The notes below the pieces were generated by a model that did not search any database, was not told the origin of the DNA, and was given only the letters and a program-made list of their open reading frames with translations. A stretch of 64,000 nucleotides of DNA, taken from Proteromonas lacertae. Taxonomy: Eukaryota. Location: positions 62,001-126,000 of the forward strand of contig NGBS01000015.1 in assembly GCA_002245135.1 (NCBI GenBank), written 5' to 3'. A program made the translations under genes and the position numbers. How positions within the stretch are numbered: the first letter of the stretch is position 1; each line of letters begins with the position of its first letter. Below, piece after piece: positions 55,091 through 64,000 of the stretch.

Positions 55091-56327
55091 TTACATAATA
55101 CAACACCATCCATTTCCACCATTACTATCTTCCACTTTATCTGACTCCTTATACTTCAATGGGAATTTGCTTTGAAGACCTTTAATATCTTTATACCCAG
55201 GGAAACACTCCGGATGTCTCAAAATATAAAATGCACTATCTTCGGTGATTTTTCTACCTGTTAAACAAGCAGCTAAATCTTCTAGACCTTTTATTACATT
55301 TTCATTAACAGTCTTGTTATATGGGAAGAATTCATTTATTACTATTCTTAAACCATTAATATCCAATCTATTATTTGGCTATATATATTATATATATTAA
55401 AATATAATCATAATATTGTATATGTTATACATTTGTTAATACAATCTTACAATTTATTCCAGTTTCTTTCATTGGTTTTAATTCATCAAACCACTGTTTA
55501 AAAATAAAAGAGAATATATATACATGCAATATTCTAACAAAGTTAGTAGTATTTATTCCACTTTCACATTGAAGATACGGTAACAATTCAGAAACATACG
55601 GCATAATGAACTTTGAGGTAGGTACAATATTGAATTTATCAACTAGTAATGCTAAATATAAATTAATAGGAATGGAATGTGACATTGTTGTTATTCTTAA
55701 AGGATCATCAGATTCTACTTTTTTTGCCTTTCCTTTGAATATATGTTTATTGATTAATTGTTCCACTTCCTCCCAGTTTTCTACATTGTATTTTTCATAG
55801 AATTGATTCTCTATATCCTGCCAATCGACTAATTCAGGCTATTTTAAATGAATTAATAAAAATATAATAAAATACATGATTGTCTATTGATTTAATGAAT
55901 GTATAAGGTATCTTAAGGTTTGGTATTAATGAATTTAACATTAGATATTGAGTATAATTACCATTTTTACCTGCATAGTCTATATAATATAGATCTGCAG
56001 CACAAACTACACCTACTCCCAAAACAACAGCAATAACTTTTCCTAACACTCCATGCTTTTTTGGAGGAGGTGGTGGAGGTGGTAATTTTGTTTCAGGGTT
56101 GATTGTTCCTTCATGTGGTTTAGGAATTGTTGATCCAATATTTTTATTTGGAATGCGCATATTCGATTTTGGTTTGATTGGTTCATCCACGAAACATCTC
56201 TAATGAAGTGAATAACACAAAAAATACTTTCAAAATGCAAGAATATTTTGAATTGAGATGTGTATTACGGAATGATTTGACTAAATTACACTAGAATGTA
56301 ATAGAATATGAAGAATACTCGAAGCAT
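55091..56327 (-). CDS. Putative mitochondrial/MRO-targeted single-pass membrane protein
   Basis: Spliced N-terminus MLRCNLVKSFRNTHLNSKYSCILKRCF, poly-Pro, TM VIAVVLGVGVVCAADLYYI. Confidence 0.55.
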
Positions 56328-56471
56328 TTTTAATTTCAAGAAAAAAGTTTGAGTGATAGTTTGATACTATTTTTTTTCTCAATCAAAAAAACTGATGAAT
56401 AAGACTATATAATTAATTAAAATAAGATGTATAATTGATAAAACACACATAGAACGCATTTTTTGTTTTTG

Positions 56472-56936
56472 TTATGCTAAAACATTTGGAGGTTCTGGAT
56501 TAAATTGAACTGGTGAAGAAGTTATTGGAGAAATCCTAATTCCACTTTCACTCACAGCTGCTGGAGAAGAACTCATAACGCCACGATCCATTTCTTCTTG
56601 ATACTTTCTAAGTTTCTCTTCATTCATCTCACTTCACTTCTCTTCCCTTTCTAACAGCCATTCCTCTTGTTTGTACCTTCTTTGCTCTCTTCAAATGAGT
56701 GACTCTTTCAGAATGATCATCAGGAACACCACCATTTTGTGAAATTGTCAATTTATTTGAATAAACTCTCTCAGCATAACTCAGAGTTCTACTAGCAACA
56801 GCTTTCTTCCTATTTTCTTCGATTTTTCTAATTCTTTCTTGTGTTATTTTATCTTTCAACACTTTACCCATTGTTGGTTTAGTATAAGTAGTTAATTTAT
56901 TAACTGGTTGCCTTTCTATCTTATCCTCCATCATTA

Positions 56937-56989
<53 letters not shown>

Positions 56990-57911
56990 TCTCTTTCCTT
57001 CTGCTTTTTAATTTCTCTATGTTCAATTTCATGGGTCAGTTTTGTTAGAATTGCTTCACAAATAGGTTGCGTTTTTAAAACATCATAAATATCATAATTA
57101 TCAAATATTTCGCTGTTTAAATAATTATAAAATGTTCTTAATTGTACAGTACTGAAGTATTTCAAACCGTTTGTACAAATATCTTTTTCAAAACCAGTAG
57201 ATCTCTGACTGGCATATAAATAAAAAGGTAAAATAAAACGACTATATTGTGGATCTCCAATTTTGCCATTTATTCGAGCTATGTTTGTTGAAATCAATAA
57301 TAATTTCATAGCTAATATCCTAATGTCATGATCCATATCCGTTTCAGGTTTAGCACTATCTTCGCTGATTAAATCAGGAAATCTAAACTTTCCAATATTC
57401 TTAATAATATATTCAATAATATCATCAACAGGTGGCATTTGTAAATCAGTTCTTGGTCTACATTCTTGATTTATCTGTTTAATTAAAGCATCAATCGCTG
57501 TCATGGATAGTTTTCTAGTTGAAGGTCCTAATATTGGTTCTCCTAATGGATTAATAGTATCCCATAACACTGAAAATGCACTGTTTCTAGCAGCATATAA
57601 CCACAAGTGTGAATGTTCACATATACTAACTAAAGTATCACAACAATGTCTTCCTTTCTCTTCTAAAGTAATATCATTACGTGGAGATATAAAATCATTA
57701 TTAATAATTGTAGGTAACATTGAATGAGATGATATGCTTTCATTGGATAATTTAGCATTACGTTGGATTAATTGTTTCTTTTTATCTGATAATGCATCTG
57801 TTAATTCTGAGATCCACCATTGACATCTTTGACGAGGACTATCAGGCTCACAACTTAACCATTTCTTACGCAATAATGATCTGCCAGGATACATTTTACT
57901 AGTATCAATGC

Positions 57912-57945
<34 letters not shown>

Positions 57946-60026
57946 GTGATGATGATGATTGTTATTATTTCTGATTTTGAATGTTGTGGTAGTTTAATAG
58001 GTGGAGGTAAATCATCTGTTGGTTTTCTCAATATATCATCATCATCATTATTATCATCATTACTATCATTATTACTTTCATCACTATTTCTATTATTATT
58101 ATTGTTATTGGTACTCTTATTTCTTGGTGAATGTTTAATTAACATCAATAATTTCGGTTGTTTAGGAGGTTTTGACATTTCTAATTTTCTTTCTTCTGCT
58201 TCTTTCTTTACTTCCTCTCGAGTCATTGGTTGCATTATTCTATCCCATTTCTTCTTATTCAAATCTTCAGGAATACCACTTGGATATAGCCAATGCACAG
58301 TTCGATGGGTTGTATATTCATAATTAATTATATCTTTTTTCTTATCTGCGTTTAATGTATATATCATCTCCCACCAATTGGGTAATTCTTTATGATATTC
58401 TTCATATCCTTCTGGTTTAGGGAATAATGGTTCAATTATTAATTCAACTAAATCATCTGCCATATGATCTAATAGACTTTGATGCCAAGGGTTTTGTACA
58501 CCTAAGAATGGATTTGTATTCACTTCAATTAACCATATTCTAAAGTCTTCATCTACCATAAAATCATAACCATATAATTCAAAGCAATTTCTACCTTTAT
58601 TTCCATTATTTAATTCTCCTTGACATGCTAAAATACTATCCAATACTAAGTCTTTCATTCGAGGAACCATATCTTTAAATACATCAACATGTTTATCTGG
58701 GTAATTCTCATTAATATATTCTTGAAATTGATCAAAACTAAGTGTATTTCCTTCTTCAAATTTTCCAATATTTTCACTTTTTACTTGCATACAGTAGTTT
58801 GTTAAATGAACCATTTGTTTTTCAGCGTCATCTTCATTCCCTATATCTAATGTGAATAATTCTGAACTTGTTCTTAAATAACCTTCGTGATATAAATATA
58901 CATCGAATTTATCTGTAACTACACACCAGATTCGAATATCGAATTTTCTTCCCCACAAAAGTAATGGTTTTTCTATATATTTTTGTATAACAAATTCAGT
59001 ACCTTTACCACAGGAATTAATAAATCTTTTGATTGGATCAATCTTGTCAAATACCATTATTCCTCTTCCACAATTTAAACCTGTAGGTTTGACAATCCAA
59101 ATATTTTTCCCACAAAATTTTGCGGGGCATAATTCTTTTGTATAATCACTTATACTCAATTCATTATATCTATTTACAAACAATGTCCATTCTGTATCTT
59201 TATTTGTTTGAACATAACTTGCTTTCTTAATATGAAAACGTCTCTGGTGTATTTATAAACACTCTTTCTCCTCTCTTAGAATAAAATGCTTCTAAACTTT
59301 TCAATATTCCCACCTTTGTCACCAAACAACCTATATTGGGAAAATGATTCACTAATTGTTTCTTTGGAGATGATCCAAATAGTTTTCTATATGCAGGACT
59401 ATGTACAGTTACTGGTAAACTACCTGGAATACGGTAAACCTCAAGGGTTTGCTTCCAAACAAAATCAAATTCTTGTTTGTCAAATGTTTTCTTATGTAAT
59501 TCAAATATTTTAGTGTAAACTTCTCTGGACTTTTTAATATATTCTTCATTTGGTTTTCTAGGGGATTTTTTCTCTGGCAATTTGGATTTTTCTTCTTTTT
59601 TATCTTCTTGTTTAATTTCATCCTTCATTTGTTCTTTTTCTATTTTTGTTTCTGGTTCAACAGATGATTGAGGTGTATTTACATCAGAAGTAGTGTCTTC
59701 TGGTTTAATATCATCCGTTCTACCTTCTCCTTCAGGTTTACCTTCTTTATTTTCATCGTCACTTCCAGTAGATGCTTTTTCTACAGCATCATTGTCTGTT
59801 GTTACAGGATCTTCTTCATCCTCTTTTTCTGGAATTGGAGTTTTAGCTCTATATATTTGCATTTCACTATCTAATGCGTTCTCTTCAGTTTTACATACAC
59901 TCTATTCAATACTGAGAATAAATATTATACTTCCCACCAAGGTCTTTTATCCAACGCCCTCTTGATAAGAGATCCGTTGTTAGGTCTAAAAACCAAATAT
60001 TTATACTTATGTAGTGTTTCTGTCAT
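56472..60026 (-). CDS. Tubulin-tyrosine-ligase-like (TTLL) enzyme with long C-terminal extension
   Basis: NNGSLIKRAL..RPWW, LVNHFP, WIVKP...GRGI, VIQKYIEKPLL..GRKFDIR, HLTN, FELYGYDFMVD, WLIEVNTNP. Frameshifts at about 59236, 57968 and 56634. Confidence 0.82.
56936..56987. repeat. (AAT)n microsatellite encoding poly-Asn
   Basis: About 17 ATT units within the TTLL frame. Confidence 0.9.
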
Positions 60027-60177
60027 TTATAAACAGATCATCAAATTTCAAACGGTTTTTGTTTCGATTCTTTCGCTCAGATCGTGAATTGAAAAATTTA
60101 TTCGTTATTCCCAATTTTTTATTTTTGTTAGTTTTGAATAAATCAAAGCAATAACAATAAAATAATATTTTTCATTA

Positions 60178-61438
60178 CTATTCTTCACTCCTTGCTAATC
60201 TTCTAATTGATATAGGATTATGTTCTCTATCATATTCAGGTTTCTTTCTCTTCAATTTCCATGGTTTGTTATGCCCTAACAAGAAGTAAGTACAAACACC
60301 ACCTTTTTCTTCATTTGGATTGAATTGAAACACATATCTATCAGGATCATTGACAGATTCTTTGGAATATGTTAATTTATACTCTCTAATCCATTGATAC
60401 TGTACACAATCAGGTGTTGGATTGGGTAAAGGAACCATATAATGTACAACCAAAGTAGAATCTGATGTTTTAATCTCTTGCTTTTTATTCTTTTTATTTT
60501 TCTTCTTTTCTGAACTTTCATCATGTGGTTTGACGATTGCATAATTTAATTTTTCATCTTTTACCATTCCATTAGCTTCTGGATCTTTTCCTGGATAATC
60601 ATCGAATTTCTAAATAAAAATAAAAAAATAATTTTTATATACGAAATGGATTAATGAATTATCACCTCCTTCTCTCTTAAATAATTCAAAATTAGGAACA
60701 ACATCCCATACAGCAACAGGTTTCAATCCTTTACTATTCACTGGTGTTTTCTTTGCTATTTTAAATGAATCTTCAATCACTTCAGTCAGTGTTCTATTAC
60801 CTCTTACACTATCTATTTCAGATTTGACTTGCTTAATTTCTTCTTCTACTAATTGCTTAGGATCTGCTAGGGATACTGGTGCATCTAGATTGTTTTCTAA
60901 ATAGGTTGTGTTTTTTAACCAAGTTGCATCTGATACTATTGAATCTGCATTTACATATTTCTTATCTTGTTCTGTAAATAAATCTTCATCTTCTGGTGCT
61001 AAGGATACAGCTGTGTTACCTTCTGTCTGTGAATCTATGAACATCAACGATAGCAGTTCGGTTGAATGAAAATTGACTGGATCATTATGAATTGAATATG
61101 GATAATTCTTTTCTAAACCCAGTGTTTTATATTGTGTATAGTCTGATGGATTTATTGGGATGTCTAATAGTACTGGCTCAAATGGTAGTCCTGGTAAACT
61201 AATAGAAATAGAAAATAATTAATATGCTCATTCTTAAATGTATTATCTGCTAATAACTGTGTTTCACCCTTTAAATTTGCTCTATTCTTATCTCTTTCCT
61301 AAAAACATCAGAAAATATGATGATACAGCATCATTTATTATTGACGTGGGTCTCTTTAGAGATAAAATCTTCTCTTGCATTGTATATGGAGATTTTGTTG
61401 GTTTCGACTAGATTATAAAAATATTATACTCATACCAT
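60178..61438 (-). CDS. PAF1: RNA polymerase II-associated factor Paf1
   Basis: FKNDLPGLPFEP, WLKNTTYL, IEDSF, LKPVAVWDVVPNF, YQWIREY. The first exon is ATG only; GC-AG intron at 61199-61227. Confidence 0.75.
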
Positions 61439-61549
61439 GATGAAAAATTACAAACAATAAAAATAATACACAAAATCACTTGTATTAAATACTAAAAATA
61501 CACTTGTATTTCATTTTTGTTTTGAATTTTCCTTCTTTAGGTGTGTTAA

Positions 61550-62677
61550 ATGTTGAGCCAAAAATTACAAATTGCAGTAGTTGCTAGCTCTTATGTTTTT
61601 GTATCTATTACAATGGTGTTTACCAACAAAAAATTGATGGCAACCTCAAATATTAGTATTCCTGCTCCATTTTTCTTAATTTGGTTTCAATGTGTTGTCA
61701 CAGCATTAATATGCTGGTTTTTAGGAGAAATTAGATCAAAACATAGTATATTGATTTTATTTATTATTGTGTAATATAAAGATGCTTTACAAATATTCCC
61801 AAAACAGAATTACCATTTAGCTATTGGATTACAAATCCTTCCATTGAGTTTAATATTCGTTGGTATGATTGCTTTTAATCAACTTTGTTTGAAGTATTTT
61901 TACATATTTTACTAATAAATAGATATGTTAACGTCTCATTTTATTTAGTAGCAAGATCTTTAACCATCTGTTTCAATGTAATCTTTACATTTGTAATTCT
62001 CAACACAAGTACATCTTGTCCAGTAATTGGATGTTTAGCAGTAGTTGTATCAGGATTTATAGTAGGATCTAATGGTGAAATTGACTTTTCCTTAGCTGGT
62101 ACAATATTTGGAGTAATGTCATCCATCTTTGTTAGTCTCAATTCAATATATACAAAGAAATTAGGATTTGTAGTAAATAATAATGAATGGACTTTAGCAT
62201 TTTACAATAATATGAATGCATCAGTTTTATTTATTCCATTTATGATTGGTTTTGGTGAAATATCTATTCTATCCAATCATATTCCTCAACTAATGTCATT
62301 GAAGTTTTGGTTGTTTATGATGATAGCTGGTGTATTTGGATTTTTAATTGGTATTATAACAATTAAGCAAATAGCACTTACAAGTCCATTAACTCATAAT
62401 GTGGTATAATTTATAATATTTTATATCCATTATTATATATTTTCTATAGGTTGGAACAGTAAAAGCTGCATTACAGACTGTATTAGCTTTCTATATATGG
62501 GGAAACCCTGTAACATTTGGTGCTGCATTTGGTGTTGTATTAGTATTAGCTGGTTCATTATTATACTCGTATGTGAGAAATATAGAAATGGATAAAAAAG
62601 CTGAGGTGAAAACTCCCAAATTACCTTCAGACGAAGAGCTTGAGCCTTTGAATGATAAAAATAAAGTGAATATTTAA
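61550..62677 (+). CDS. SLC35C1: GDP-fucose transporter (SLC35C1-like)
   Basis: VSITMVFTNK, APFFLIWFQC, FNQLCLKYV.VSFY.VARSLT, TSPLTHNVVGTVKA. Confidence 0.88.
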
Positions 62678-63054
62678 TTGGTTATGATATTTAGATATTA
62701 TATAATAATTATTCTAATATTGTTAATGTTTTTGGTTTTAAAAACTGTATTAATCACCTTTAGATTTATTTGTTGTATATATTGTATATGCAAATGCGCA
62801 GTCACAATTAAGCTAAATTTCTACATAAAACCATATAACTAACAATTAAATATATATTTAATATACTTTTTACAATGATATCCTCTTTCATCTACACTGT
62901 CCTATATCTTAATGCAAAAATAACGCAATAAAAATATGTGTATAGATAATGTATAACAAAAAATATATAATGTTTTAAAAACCAATTCTTTTAATTTAAC
63001 AATTTAAATCATAAGTGTCCTGAATAAAAATATCCATCTCATTTTTTCAACATA

Positions 63055-64000
63055 ATGTCGAACCAAGCTTGAAACGGATATTGATTTAATTGAATGGAGA
63101 GTGAAGCAAATGTATATCATATAGACTATATATTTAGCCAACATATTGGTGTATTGGTGATCAATACAATGGAAAAATTACTAAGTCTAATGTGAATAAT
63201 ATGATAATCAAAACAATAATTATTAAAGATGCAAGCAAAAAATTGATACAGAGTTTTATTCACAACATTACATTAGTGAATACATGTTTGTTTTACCTTT
63301 CTGTTGATTATTATTGTACTTTTTCCTTAAATGAGCTAATTCTTACTTCAAGAAGAATGCACTATAATTTAGAGCAACTACTTTATGTGGAAGGTATTAC
63401 ATTTAATATGCGTGCTTATAGTTTCAAACAAATATGCCTGGTTGCCAAAATCTTCCATTCTTATAATTTAATGCATGGTAATATAAGGCCAACCAATATT
63501 TTTCTTACTAAAGAAAGAAAATTTTGTACTTCTGATTATTTTCTAAATGAAATTAGAGAAAATTGTAATCATCCAGCCAGCTACTACAACTACTCTAGCC
63601 CTGAACAGATATTGGGCAAAGAATTGAGTACTCAGTCTGATATATGGAGTTTAGGTTGTATATTGTACTTTATTTTAACTCATAATCTTTTATTTTCATC
63701 TCATACATTATACAATTTATTACACCTTCAACAATATAAGAAAGATGTAAAATTAGCCGGCCCATCGATATATAATAATATAATAAACGGCACTTTAAAA
63801 TATGAAGCTGAAAAAAGAATGAAAATTAATGAAATACTTCAATTATTAAGTAATAGTATAGTTCATATTTTAAAATTATTTTAAAGTAGATGATACACAT
63901 TTAATGGATTTTTATAACGTTAACAATAAAAGAGATGTAATTTTAAGAATAATAAATAATGTAACAACAAATCCTAATGATGAAAAAATGATAGTGTTAT
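63055..64000 (+). CDS. Pseudokinase of the same expanded family; runs off the window
   Basis: MHGNIRPTNIFL (catalytic Asp replaced by Asn), SDYF, YSSPEQ, SDIWSLGCILY. Confidence 0.65.

Noticed and set aside
59986..60006. 21-nt GT-AG intron at the TTLL 5' end
   Set aside because: The unspliced frame is open and gives a plausible YLVFRPNNGSLI.

Overview
Very AT-rich, gene-dense eukaryotic DNA with many tiny spliceosomal introns (about 25-40 nt), so the ORF track splits most genes. Intron size, compact gene spacing, oomycete-like tubulins and anaerobe-type genes suggest a Blastocystis-like stramenopile gut protist (inference only). Positions 1-14800 form an accessory block. It holds an array of Crinkler/RHS-like P-loop NTPase + PD-(D/E)xK nuclease genes, including one spliced gene of about 2000 aa with two NTPase modules, plus an RGS-gene fragment, a kinase-RING gene, tRNA-Asp and an LRR remnant. 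The rest is mostly housekeeping: ValRS, MAPK15/ERK7, condensin H, CstF-77, a divergent beta/alpha-tubulin pair, a CNBD K+ channel, dolichol kinase, Mog1, a TTLL ligase, Paf1 and a GDP-fucose transporter. It also contains a signal peptide-dCache-Ig-Cys-rich-7TM-RGS receptor, tandem nitroreductases and a soluble fumarate reductase. The main highlights are the dCache-7TM-RGS receptor, a conserved U12-type AT-AC intron in both RGS paralogs, and the NTPase-nuclease array. About a dozen 1-nt frameshifts, many in homopolymers, are probably assembly errors. All domain calls come from motifs read by eye, not database searches.
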